In this document: positions 8,835-17,833 of the stretch, one piece after another
Layout: the number at the start of each line of letters is the position of its first letter
Numbering within the stretch: position 1 is the first letter of the stretch
NCBI GenBank assembly: GCA_029864335.1
Contig: JAOTTS010000007.1
Coordinates: 46,677-78,676 of the forward strand
DNA from: Nitrosopumilus sp.
Lineage (GTDB): Archaea; Thermoproteota; Nitrososphaeria; Nitrososphaerales; Nitrosopumilaceae
Reading direction: 5' to 3'
Length of the DNA stretch: 32,000 nt
The notes under the pieces: generated by a model
Seen by the model: the letters and a program-made list of their open reading frames with translations, nothing else
The model's database searches: none
What the model was told of the DNA's origin: nothing
Program-made: the position numbers and the translations under genes

Positions 8835-9135
8835 TATGAAAAAAATAATTTCCGTTAGAAATTCCACATTTTGAAATTTTTACTCTTTGTTCAATCTTGG
8901 GCATGTTGGATATTTTTGCCATAACTCGAATTTCTTTTTCAAATTCAACTAAGCAAAAATATGCATCATCATATCTTGAAAATTCAATAATTCTACCTTC
9001 CGATACCTTCTTTTTTAACAATACTTCTCCAAAACAATGATTGCAAAACTCTGATGGTGGCCAAACAACTTTAGTGCATTTAGTACATTCAGGAATGTAA
9101 AAATTTCCTTGTGATAATTCTGTCTCAAAATTCAT
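8827..9135 (-). CDS. DUF35 Zn-ribbon/OB-fold protein (thiolase-associated)
   Basis: CTKCTKVVWPPSEFCNHCFG rubredoxin-like ribbon followed by an OB-like segment. Its start overlaps the thiolase stop (ATGA). Confidence 0.8.
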   Translation of the reverse strand: MNFETELSQGNFYIPECTKCTKVVWPPSEFCNHCFGEVLLKKKVSEGRIIEFSRYDDAYFCLVEFEKEIRVMAKISNMPKIEQRVKISKCGISNGNYFFHII

Positions 9136-10241
9136 TTTTCCAAAACCAACACTGTTGAGGAAGTGGCAGCAGCTGACATGTTGTGAACTAATCCAACATT
9201 GACATTGTCAACTTGGCGATTTTTTGCTTTTGATTGAATTTGTTGAGTGATTTCAATAGTTTGAGCTATGCCTGTAGCACCAAGAGGATGTCCTGATCCA
9301 ATCAATCCTCCTCTTGGATTTATTTTGAAATTGTTTGTCTCATGTAGTTCTTTTATGATGTTGATGCCCTTCCCAAAATTTGAAAAACCCAATGATTCTA
9401 ATGCCATAGGTTCGCAAACAGAAAATGCATCATGAATTTCTGCAACGTCAATGTCACCAATAGTCCGATTTGCCATTTTTAATGCTGTATATCCTGCTAA
9501 TTTTGTAGATTCCATAGAACTCAATGATATACTTTTTGTAAAACCTGCAGACATTGTTTTTTGACCAATACCTGTAATCCATACTGGTTCATCCGTATTC
9601 TTGCTTGCACTTTCTTCTGAAGCAAGGATAATTGATGCACTACCAGTACAGGGTCTTGAACAATCCAATAATCGGATATCATCTGTTAATTTTTTAGAAT
9701 TAATTACATCATGTATTGAAAAAATTTTGTCTGACATTGCATTTGGATTTTCTTTAGCCTGTTTGTGATTCTTTACTGGCACTATCGCTAAATCTTCATC
9801 TGAAATGGAGAATTCACGCTTGTATGATTTTGTAAAAATTGATGCCCAAAAAATTGGATGTTTGTATTCCCCCCTAGAATTATCCCATTCCAAAATTTGT
9901 CCTGGACTGTCATACCTTTCTGCCCCCGATATGAGGACCATGTCTGCCAAACCTGATGCAATATACGAATATGCTGAAACTATTGAATTCGTGCCTGAAT
10001 TACACAAGCTTTCAATCGAATGTGCAATTTTAGGTTGAACACCTATCATTTCAGATAAAACAGGAGACAAGTATTTTGAATTATTATTTGTAGAGACTAA
10101 AACTGCGTCTATATCATTTCGATTAATGTGAGAATTGTTTTCAAAGAGATTTTTTGCAGATTTGAGTAATACAGTTTCTATTTTTTGATCCTCTTTTGTA
10201 AAGGGTGTTATTCCATATGCAATAATTCCTACTTTTTTCAT
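9132..10241 (-). CDS. archaeal thiolase (acetyl-CoA C-acetyltransferase, SCP-x-like)
   Basis: Nucleophile region IESLCNSGTNS, SGHPLGATG and the C-terminal GLVHNMS. The start is set at the ATG encoding MKKVGIIAYG (10241), which is 1 nt downstream of the LLM stop. The longest ORF extends to 10298. Confidence 0.85.
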   Translation of the reverse strand: MKKVGIIAYGITPFTKEDQKIETVLLKSAKNLFENNSHINRNDIDAVLVSTNNNSKYLSPVLSEMIGVQPKIAHSIESLCNSGTNSIVSAYSYIASGLADMVLISGAERYDSPGQILEWDNSRGEYKHPIFWASIFTKSYKREFSISDEDLAIVPVKNHKQAKENPNAMSDKIFSIHDVINSKKLTDDIRLLDCSRPCTGSASIILASEESASKNTDEPVWITGIGQKTMSAGFTKSISLSSMESTKLAGYTALKMANRTIGDIDVAEIHDAFSVCEPMALESLGFSNFGKGINIIKELHETNNFKINPRGGLIGSGHPLGATGIAQTIEITQQIQSKAKNRQVDNVNVGLVHNMSAAATSSTVLVLEK

Positions 10242-10242
10242 A

Positions 10243-11208
10243 TTACTCATCCAGAAATGTTTTTTTGAATAAAATAAAAGATTCAGAAACATCGCCAACT
10301 GGATTGAATTGAACTATTGGTAAATCAATTCCTGAATTTCTAAAGTTAATAATTTGCTTTCTACATTCTTCAGGGGTCCCAGCTATTGCAAGTGATTGTA
10401 TCATTGAATCAGAAATAAATTCATGATTTGATTTGAATCCTGATTTTTTATATTCAGCATATATAGATTCGGTTTCATTTTTAAATCCATTTTTTGCTAA
10501 AAAGTCTCTGTAGATTTTTCCTACAGATACATAAAACGCCAATGTTTTTTTTGCTCGTTTAATTGCATCATCAGAATCTTCTGCAACGCTAGTAATTATT
10601 TGACATGTAACATCTATTTTTTTCTTTGATTGCATTTTTGAAATTGTTTTTTTCATTTCGTTTATGGGTCTTAAATAAAAAATTACACCATTCGAAGTAG
10701 TCCATGCTAATTCCACCATTTTTTGATTTACAGCTGCCAAATAAATTGGAATGGATGCTCTTTTTGGTTTAATTAGCAGTGTAAAATTTTTCAAATTAAA
10801 AATTTGACCTTTATAATTTACTAATTTTCCAGATAAAACTAATCTAATAATATCTACATATTCTTTCATTCGTTGCAATGGCATTTCAAATTTATCCCCA
10901 TGAAAATCCTCCACAATGGGCAAACTGCTTGTTCCAAGACCTAGAACTAATCTTCCATTTGATAACATATCCACAGTTGCTGCACCCATTGCAATAGTTG
11001 CAGGGCTTCTTGAGTAGATGTTGATAATTGATGATCCAATTTTTTGAGTATTTGTTCTACTTGAGACTGCACTGAGAATCGAGAAATTCTCCATCCCCCA
11101 TGTTTCAGGTACCCAAATTGTATCTACATTAGTTTTTGAAAGAATTTCTGAGCATTCCAAAACGTTGTTAATTGATAGCAATGAGCCTAGGCTGCACCCA
11201 ATACGCAT
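10243..11208 (-). CDS. LLM-class (luciferase-like) flavin/F420-dependent oxidoreductase
   Basis: TIM-barrel LLM pattern: DTIWVPETWGME, NGRLVLGLGTS and the IPIYLAAV segment. The F420 cofactor assignment is inference from family and lineage. Confidence 0.75.
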   Translation of the reverse strand: MRIGCSLGSLLSINNVLECSEILSKTNVDTIWVPETWGMENFSILSAVSSRTNTQKIGSSIINIYSRSPATIAMGAATVDMLSNGRLVLGLGTSSLPIVEDFHGDKFEMPLQRMKEYVDIIRLVLSGKLVNYKGQIFNLKNFTLLIKPKRASIPIYLAAVNQKMVELAWTTSNGVIFYLRPINEMKKTISKMQSKKKIDVTCQIITSVAEDSDDAIKRAKKTLAFYVSVGKIYRDFLAKNGFKNETESIYAEYKKSGFKSNHEFISDSMIQSLAIAGTPEECRKQIINFRNSGIDLPIVQFNPVGDVSESFILFKKTFLDE

Positions 11209-11308
11209 GAAAATACTGTGTTGAATTGATATTCTAGTGTATCTGTTTTAGCAATAAGTTAATTTTCATTGAGGTGGAGTATTATGGGATCAAAAGAGGA
11301 TTCAAAGT

Positions 11309-11455
11309 ATGACTGAACAAACCTTTTTTGAAAAAACCAATCAAGTTCCAACATTTTGGAATGATGCTACAAAATATGCTTCAATTAGCAAAGATGAGGC
11401 ATTTGTTGAAGAAGTAGCATACATGATGGTTACCCTCCACAGAACAGGAGCATAA
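11309..11455 (+). CDS. possible small ORF (48 aa): MTEQTFFEKTNQVPTFWNDATKYASISKDEAFVEEVAYMMVTLHRTGA
   Basis: Hand-translated. It is preceded by a 10-codon uORF (11284-11316) that has a GAGGTG Shine-Dalgarno-like box 7 nt upstream. The uORF stop overlaps this ATG. Confidence 0.25.
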   Translation: MTEQTFFEKTNQVPTFWNDATKYASISKDEAFVEEVAYMMVTLHRTGA

Positions 11456-11464
11456 AATTAAATT

Positions 11465-12133
11465 TCATTTTATTATTTTTTCTATTTCTAGGGAACACTC
11501 TTCCATATCTTTGAAAGAATCAATTGAATACCATTTTACATTTTTAAATTTTACTATGTTGAGTTTTCCTTTTTTGGCATAATCTGGAAAAACCGTTTTT
11601 TCAATATCTCCTTTACTGGGTAAATCTTTGAGAATTCCTTTTTCTAAATGATAAATTCCAGCATTCATCCAAAAATCTACAATATCCTTTTTCTCTCTAA
11701 ACTTTGTTATTTTATCATCCTTAGTTTCTAAAATTCCAAAATTTGTTCGAAGTTCAATTGATGCTATTGCATTTGGTTTTTTTGCAAGTTCATTCAAATC
11801 TATGTTTGTAATAATATCTCCATTAATAACAAAAAAAGATTTTTCATTGATCATTTTTCCCGCATTTTTGATTGCACCTCCAGTACCTAATGGGGATTTT
11901 TCAACTGAGAATTTTATTTTAATTCCAGTTTTTTTTACATCTAAATGATTTTCAATAGTTTCTTGTTTGTATCCGGTACACACAATTATTTCATCAATTC
12001 CATATTTTTTTAGATATTTTATTTGCCATTCAATGATAGGAATATTTCTTATTGGAACTAGTGGCTTTGGTACATAATCTGTTATTGGTCTTAGCCTTTT
12101 TCCCCTTCCTCCTGCTAAAATTATTGCTTTCAA
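11465..12133 (-). CDS. sugar-1-phosphate nucleotidylyltransferase
   Basis: N-terminal signature MKAIILAGGRGKRLRPITDYVPKPLVPI and GTGGAI. The sugar and nucleotide specificity cannot be resolved from sequence. Confidence 0.85.
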   Translation of the reverse strand: MKAIILAGGRGKRLRPITDYVPKPLVPIRNIPIIEWQIKYLKKYGIDEIIVCTGYKQETIENHLDVKKTGIKIKFSVEKSPLGTGGAIKNAGKMINEKSFFVINGDIITNIDLNELAKKPNAIASIELRTNFGILETKDDKITKFREKKDIVDFWMNAGIYHLEKGILKDLPSKGDIEKTVFPDYAKKGKLNIVKFKNVKWYSIDSFKDMEECSLEIEKIIK

Positions 12134-12441
12134 TATTATTGGTTTATTTTTAGAGTATAAAATAGTTAAAAAATTTTATTCAAAAATTATATTTTGAACT
12201 CAAAAGTTTTCATCCAGACTACCATGATGAATTAATTTTAAGTTAAAAATATTTAGAGTTCAATACTTATTTTGATTTGTTTTGCAATTTTCTTAAATTT
12301 GGAAATTAAATTAAATTATGATTTTCGGAATATCGACCATCACATGTTTTATCTCACAAAACGGGGGGGGTTCTATTTTTATTCTTTATCGATGAATTCG
12401 TTAGCACTTTATAATCTTAGATAGGATTGTACAAACATTCT

Positions 12442-12453
12442 AAAAATAAAAAA
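12442..12453 (-). terminator. oligo-T tract (T6 and T5 on the minus strand) 2 nt past the stop of the 86-aa ORF
   Basis: The plus strand reads AAAAATAAAAAA immediately before the TTA (stop) at 12456-12458. Oligo-T is the usual archaeal termination signal. Confidence 0.35.
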
Positions 12454-12455
12454 TA

Positions 12456-12716
12456 TTAGGTAGCGTCTACCAATTGTTTGTTTGTTCCTCTTTCTGTGCT
12501 GTTCCATTGCCCTTCTTTGAAGTCTTTTATTTTATGTATTGAAAAGATAATGCTTGGAATTAGTGGTATACCTGAGGTTTTGATTACCTTGACTTCTAAT
12601 CCTTCTCCTGTCTTTTCTACTGTCATCATCACATAGGTTCCTGATTCTATGACTCGAATGTCATCTGGACGGTAATTTGAATACTCAACTCCATATATTG
12701 CGTCATTTTGGTCCAT
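12456..12716 (-). CDS. hypothetical protein (86 aa)
   Basis: ATG ORF. No motif recognised. Confidence 0.45.
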   Translation of the reverse strand: MDQNDAIYGVEYSNYRPDDIRVIESGTYVMMTVEKTGEGLEVKVIKTSGIPLIPSIIFSIHKIKDFKEGQWNSTERGTNKQLVDAT

Positions 12717-12876
12717 TAAAACAGGTACATGATCTGTGGTCTTTGATCTAGGGTACTAATTATTTGTGCAAATTCTATTGTTACAAATTAATCATTTCAT
12801 ACATGCACACAAGATAGGTGTGTTCATTTGTAGTTATATTGCACCTAAAATAGACGTAATAGGATATGGAAATTCT

Positions 12877-13113
12877 CTATTTTGGTTTTTTAATTTCATC
12901 TGTTTTTACAATCTCTTCCATTTTCTTTGCAAATTCATTGTAAATTTTTTCAAGATCTTTTAGAGACATATCTATTCCAAGCATTTTCATTGTTTTTTTC
13001 CAAGATTCAATGTATTTTTCATCATCCAAACCTTTTCCAAGTGTTTCTGCAATTGAGTGAACTCCTTCTGTTTTTCCTAGAGCATAAATTGCAATTTCTC
13101 TATCTGTTGGCAT
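12877..13113 (-). CDS. hypothetical protein (78 aa)
   Basis: ATG ORF 4 nt downstream of the Zn-ribbon mini-ORF. The plus-strand ORFs overlapping it look low-complexity. Confidence 0.5.
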   Translation of the reverse strand: MPTDREIAIYALGKTEGVHSIAETLGKGLDDEKYIESWKKTMKMLGIDMSLKDLEKIYNEFAKKMEEIVKTDEIKKPK

Positions 13114-13117
13114 TGTC

Positions 13118-13243
13118 TTATTCCTTTTCTGTAAGATAGTAATGCAATTCGGTATAACACTCTACACAATATTCTTCAAAATTTGTATGATCACAATCAT
13201 AAACTTTTGGGACTTCATTGTTGCATTTTGTACAAATAGTCAT
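13118..13243 (-). CDS. Zn-ribbon mini-protein (41 aa): MTICTKCNNEVPKVYDCDHTNFEEYCVECYTELHYYLTEKE
   Basis: Hand-translated. It carries CxxC (4-7) and CxxC (26-29). It lies 9 nt after the membrane-protein ORF and 4 nt before the 78-aa ORF. Confidence 0.5.
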   Translation of the reverse strand: MTICTKCNNEVPKVYDCDHTNFEEYCVECYTELHYYLTEKE

Positions 13244-13252
13244 GATAAATTA

Positions 13253-13636
13253 TCAAGAAAGTGATTTTTTTATCTTTATTCCACCTAGGGCAGCAATTAT
13301 TGCACCAACTACAATCAATCCGCCACCCTCACCTGCCATTCTTGCAGTATTTTCAGATTCACCTGCGCTGGCCATAGATATTGCACCACCTATAATTATC
13401 AGAACCCCTGTAATTATTAGCATTATTCCTAATCCTTTGAATGGTGGCTTTTTTGAAATGAAAAATGCGATAAATGATAAAATTATTGGAGGCATACCAA
13501 ACCCAATACCTCGTGTCATAGCATCAAATGGTAAGAATCCGTTACTAGCTCCGCCACCGCCTGCCATTACATCAGCACCATAAATTACTAAGAGAATAAT
13601 TGAAATTCCTGATAATACATGTGGGACAGAGACCAT
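13253..13636 (-). CDS. small Gly-rich integral membrane protein (127 aa)
   Basis: Three to four hydrophobic helices (ISIILLVIYGA, MPPIILSFIAFFI, LGIMLIITGVLIIIGGAI, LIVVGAIIAALGG). Preferred over the antisense ORF 13218-13583, which is a Pro/Ile-rich mirror image. Confidence 0.65.
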   Translation of the reverse strand: MVSVPHVLSGISIILLVIYGADVMAGGGGASNGFLPFDAMTRGIGFGMPPIILSFIAFFISKKPPFKGLGIMLIITGVLIIIGGAISMASAGESENTARMAGEGGGLIVVGAIIAALGGIKIKKSLS

Positions 13637-13705
13637 GCTTGTCGTAATTTTTCATTAATTAATAAACTTATAATGATGCATTGGCACTAGATATTGCTAG
13701 TAAAT

Positions 13706-14863
13706 TTATGATAAAGGTTTGACAATTACTTTTTCTTTTAGAGACTCGAGTTTTTTTAGCAATTGATCTATTGTTTCTCCATCTTTTGAAACTAAATTTA
13801 AGTGACCTAATTTTCTTAGTGGTTTTGAAATTTCTTTTCCATACATTTTCAAAAAAACATTTTCCTGCGATATTTTTAATGGGGCGTATTTTCCTTCAAA
13901 TGAGACATCCCCTAAAATATTGTACATTATTGTAGGGCGGATAAGTTCAGTATCTCCAAGATCAAGTCCTAAAATTGCTCGCAGATGTTGTTCAAACTGG
14001 GATGTTTTACTTGATTGTAATGTATGATGTCCTGAATTATGGACTCTAGGTGCAATCTCATTTATTACCACATCATCATCTTGTGTTACAAACATCTCAA
14101 TTCCAAAAATTCCCGACCCTCTTAGAACTTGCATTGTTTTTTCAGCAATGTGCTCTGCTTTTTTTGTAACTTCTTTGGACACTCTTGCTGGTGCAATAGT
14201 TTCACGTAAAATATTCTCTTCATGAATATTTTCAACTAGAGGATATGTTTTGATTTGTCCTTTAGTGTTTCTTGAAGATATAACTGAAACTTCCATTTTA
14301 AATTGTACAAATTTTTCCAGCAAGAGTTTTTGCCCTTTAAAATAATCAAATGCTTTTTCAATGTCTTTTTCTGAATAAATTTTAAAATTTCCCCTCCCAT
14401 CATAGGCATCTCTTCTTGCTTTAAGTAATGCAGGATATCCAAAATATTTCAACCCATTTTCCAAATCCTCAACAGTGTCTATTTTAATAAATTCAGGAAC
14501 TGGGATGTTATTTTCTTTTAAAAAAGATTTTTGTAAAAATTTGTCCTGAATAATTCTTAATGTTTCAGGTGAGGGATTAACATCTGCATTTTTTTCGACA
14601 GACTTTAGTACTGTGCTGTCACCTGATTCAATTTCATAAGTGATAATATCAGATTTATTAGCCAAATCAATAATTGCACTTTTATCTTTAAAATCGGCCA
14701 CAATCTGTTCTGCACCTACTTGTGATGCAGGGCAATTCTCAGTAGGATCCAAGACAATAATTTTTGATATATGTTCTGGCATTTTTTTTGCTGCCTCAGT
14801 TATCATCATTCCAAGTTGACCTCCTCCAATAATACCAAGAATTTTTGTCATTACAATAATCAT
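13706..14863 (-). CDS. purK: N5-carboxyaminoimidazole ribonucleotide synthase (ATP-grasp)
   Basis: ILGIIGGGQLGMM N-terminus, ATP-grasp core, NEIAPRVHNSGH and HLNL near the C-terminus. Alternative ATG at 14851. Confidence 0.9.
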   Translation of the reverse strand: MIIVMTKILGIIGGGQLGMMITEAAKKMPEHISKIIVLDPTENCPASQVGAEQIVADFKDKSAIIDLANKSDIITYEIESGDSTVLKSVEKNADVNPSPETLRIIQDKFLQKSFLKENNIPVPEFIKIDTVEDLENGLKYFGYPALLKARRDAYDGRGNFKIYSEKDIEKAFDYFKGQKLLLEKFVQFKMEVSVISSRNTKGQIKTYPLVENIHEENILRETIAPARVSKEVTKKAEHIAEKTMQVLRGSGIFGIEMFVTQDDDVVINEIAPRVHNSGHHTLQSSKTSQFEQHLRAILGLDLGDTELIRPTIMYNILGDVSFEGKYAPLKISQENVFLKMYGKEISKPLRKLGHLNLVSKDGETIDQLLKKLESLKEKVIVKPLS

Positions 14864-14960
14864 TAATCATCGATTAAAAATAGCTAATGTTGATTTGAAC
14901 ATTTTTGTTGTGTTTTTTCTAATAGTTATAGATAATTACTTTCATGTTTTTTCTATTATC

Positions 14961-15536
14961 ATGACATATTCCAAAAAACCGTTAGTCGGAATAATTATGG
15001 GATCTAGTTCAGATAGCCGAATTATGCAAGGAGCATCAGAAATATTGGATCAATTTAAAATTAAACATGAAGATCAAATCGTTTCTGCACATCGTACACC
15101 TTCTAGATTGGCAGAGTATGCACAACATGCAGAAAAAATGGGATTTAGTGTAATTATTGCAGGTGCTGGAGGTGCTGCACATTTACCCGGAATGATTGCA
15201 TCGCATACAGTAATTCCAGTAATTGGAGTCCCAATTCTAGTCTATAATGATAAACATCCGAAAAAAAACGATACTTCAAAATTTTCAGCATTTAGTGGAT
15301 TAGATTCATTGCTGTCTATTACTGAAATGCCATCAGGTTCTCCTGTTGTAGCAGTTGGAATAAACAAAGCTGGAAATGCTGCAATTTATGCAATGAAAAT
15401 ACTTGCCAATGAATTTCCAGAACTAAAAAAGAATCTAAAACAACACAAATCAAATCAACATGATTCTGTCATTAAAGAATCTGAGCAATTAAAGAAAGAA
15501 GGACTAACTAAATTTGCCAAAAACAAATTCAAATGA
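14961..15536 (+). CDS. purE: N5-CAIR mutase
   Basis: GIIMGSSSD, SAHRTP, AGGAAHLPGM and GLDSLLSI. The start is set at ATG 14961 (MTYSKKPLVG). The ORF-track start at 14895 adds an implausible hydrophobic leader. It is divergent from purK. Confidence 0.9.
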   Translation: MTYSKKPLVGIIMGSSSDSRIMQGASEILDQFKIKHEDQIVSAHRTPSRLAEYAQHAEKMGFSVIIAGAGGAAHLPGMIASHTVIPVIGVPILVYNDKHPKKNDTSKFSAFSGLDSLLSITEMPSGSPVVAVGINKAGNAAIYAMKILANEFPELKKNLKQHKSNQHDSVIKESEQLKKEGLTKFAKNKFK

Positions 15537-15538
15537 AA

Positions 15539-16747
15539 TTAAGTCATTAAAGTAAATTGGATATTCCTTTTTCTTAGCGATTCTATTAACAAATCTGCTT
15601 GTGCTTGACCCTGTGTTTCTAGACTCAGTGTCACTCCTGCCGAACCTGCATTAATATTTGAACTAAGTCTGTCATGAACCACTTCGACAATATTTGCATT
15701 TGCAAATGTTATTTCATCTACAATTTCCTTGAATGTTCCTGGTCTGTCTGGAAGTAATATGGATAATTTCAATAATCTTCCCATTGCTGCAAGTCCTTTG
15801 TCTACTATTTGACCTAAAAGATACATGTCCACATTTCCCCCTGCCAAAACTGCCACAACTTTCTTTCCAGGAGAAGGTTTCTTTGAAATTAAATAGGCTA
15901 AACTTACAGCACCTGCAGGTTCAACAACAAACTTCATACGCTCCATTAGTAGAAACATTGTTTTTGTAATTTCAGTGTCATCTACAAGAACAATGTCATC
16001 AATTAGTTCTTTAATTATTCCAAAAGTCAACTTACCTGGAACTTTAACAGAAATTCCATCTGCAATAGTTCGTGCACCCCCACTTGCAGTAATTGAACCT
16101 TTTTTTAATGAATCATACATTGAAGGAAATGATCTTGATTGAACGCCTATCACTTTGACATCTGGATTTTTTTCTTTTATTGCAATTAGAGCACCTGCAG
16201 CTAATCCTCCTCCACCTATTGGAACATAAACTTCATCAACATCAGGTAAATCTTCTAGAATCTCTAATCCTATCACTCCTTGCGCGGCAATTATTTGAGG
16301 ATCATCAAATGCATGTATCAGGGTAGCTCTTGTTTCTTTTGCTATCTCTTTTGCTTTGGCAGAAGATTCATCATAATTTGTTCCCTCTAAGATTACTTTT
16401 GCACCATATTCTTTTGTAGCAGTTACTTTTGCAGGTGATGCGTTTTTTGGCATTACTATTGTACATGGAATTTTCTCCAATGCTGATGCAAATGCAACAC
16501 CTTGGGCATGGTTACCAGCTGACGCGGCAACAACACCAAATTTTTTCTCGTCAGGTGACAGTGATTGAATTTTGTAATATGCTCCACGAATTTTAAATGA
16601 TCCTGTTTTTTGTCGGAATTCTGCTTTTAGATAAACATCCGATTCTGTAAATTCACTAAACGTACTTGAATGTATTAAAGGAGTCTTTCTAATTTCATTA
16701 CCTCGTAATGAATTTGCCTTTACAATTTCATCATATGATGGGTTCAT
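15539..16747 (-). CDS. ilvA: threonine ammonia-lyase (threonine dehydratase)
   Basis: PLP-lysine motif TGSFKIRGA, SAGNHAQG, GGGGL and a single ACT-like domain at the C-terminus. Confidence 0.9.
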   Translation of the reverse strand: MNPSYDEIVKANSLRGNEIRKTPLIHSSTFSEFTESDVYLKAEFRQKTGSFKIRGAYYKIQSLSPDEKKFGVVAASAGNHAQGVAFASALEKIPCTIVMPKNASPAKVTATKEYGAKVILEGTNYDESSAKAKEIAKETRATLIHAFDDPQIIAAQGVIGLEILEDLPDVDEVYVPIGGGGLAAGALIAIKEKNPDVKVIGVQSRSFPSMYDSLKKGSITASGGARTIADGISVKVPGKLTFGIIKELIDDIVLVDDTEITKTMFLLMERMKFVVEPAGAVSLAYLISKKPSPGKKVVAVLAGGNVDMYLLGQIVDKGLAAMGRLLKLSILLPDRPGTFKEIVDEITFANANIVEVVHDRLSSNINAGSAGVTLSLETQGQAQADLLIESLRKRNIQFTLMT

Positions 16748-16925
16748 TAGAAATGTTGCTAATGAAATGCTGTATTTGACTTCTTCTATAGAAAAATTAC
16801 AATTTTAGTCAAATTTTATGCCTAAATTTACAGGAATGTCTAAATAGTTCAAAAATACCATTCAAATTATATCAAGGGATCGGAACTCCCCTTTGAGAGA
16901 ATTCTCATTTTCTGGTTCCTTGATC

Positions 16926-17774
16926 TTAACTAAAAAACATTTCAATTTCATCTAAACGTTTTAAAATTTTTTCTTTAACTGAATCAGATATTTTTCTAGG
17001 ATCAAACAATCCTTCCTTTATTTCATTTTTTACAAATTCTAAATCAATTGTGCATAAGCAACCTTCTTCACCTGAAACTAGTCTTGCATCATCAATCAAA
17101 ACTGGACTTGTTTGATATGTTTCAACTAAAAGAGAATCCAATTCATTGAACAACTGTGTCTTTTTTTCAGATAATTCTTTAAAATCAACCCCTACATCTT
17201 TTTCAATTTCAGCATATACTTTTTCTCTAAATTCATCGTTTTCATAAAACACCTCAAATAATTTTTGATGATCAAAATCCTTGTATCCCATTTCTTTTAA
17301 TTTATTTAATACAAATTGATCACTGTTATCTGAAAGTTGCTGTTCCTTATTTTTTGTCAAATCTACAATTTCTGCTAATTCTTTTTGAGAATCAATTACC
17401 CTTTGGTCAGGTTTGTAATATAGTAAAACATGAAATTGTATTGAGATATGTCCTGATATCAAATAGCTTCCTTCCATGATCTCAAATTTTGTAAAAATTC
17501 TTTGTAGATCATCATTATTTGAAATTGACACATCATGCACAGACCAATCTTTAAGCGAATCATTAATTTTTTGAAAATAATCCATTACTAGTTTAGGATC
17601 AAATGTTTTTTGTTCTGTAATAGTGGAATCTCCTAGCATTACTTTGATATCGATCATTATTGTTAGATGGATGATCTTTTCAAGGCATTTTTTTTGAATT
17701 ATTTCATTTTTTTGATTTAGTAATTGAATGAATTCATTAGGGGATCTTGATCCTAAACGCACAAAAATAAACAA
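16926..17774 (-). CDS. hypothetical protein (up to 282 aa; start uncertain)
   Basis: Long clean ORF, acidic and helical. No motif recognised. An internal Met at MIDIKV is a possible alternative start. Confidence 0.5.
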   Translation of the reverse strand: MFIFVRLGSRSPNEFIQLLNQKNEIIQKKCLEKIIHLTIMIDIKVMLGDSTITEQKTFDPKLVMDYFQKINDSLKDWSVHDVSISNNDDLQRIFTKFEIMEGSYLISGHISIQFHVLLYYKPDQRVIDSQKELAEIVDLTKNKEQQLSDNSDQFVLNKLKEMGYKDFDHQKLFEVFYENDEFREKVYAEIEKDVGVDFKELSEKKTQLFNELDSLLVETYQTSPVLIDDARLVSGEEGCLCTIDLEFVKNEIKEGLFDPRKISDSVKEKILKRLDEIEMFFS

Positions 17775-17833
17775 AATATTGCTCTCCTTAAACCTTCATC
17801 AATCTCTAAATATCCAAAATGTGTATTTTAGGC

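Noticed and set aside
12766-13139. Plus-strand ORFs 12766-12963 and 12927-13139
   Set aside because: They give Phe/Leu-rich low-complexity translations antisense to the 78-aa ORF and the Zn-ribbon mini-ORF, which form a tightly spaced minus-strand unit.
13218-13583. 121-aa plus-strand ORF
   Set aside because: It is the antisense mirror of the Gly/Ala/Ile-rich membrane protein (13253-13636). Its Pro/Ile-rich low-complexity translation is the expected shadow of GGN/GCN/ATT codons.
16875-16906. Possible structured RNA or terminator (AAGGG...CCCTT stem and GAGAATTCTC palindrome) between ilvA and the 282-aa ORF
   Set aside because: The stems are only 5 bp and there is no flanking conservation signal or T-tract. 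This is too weak to call.
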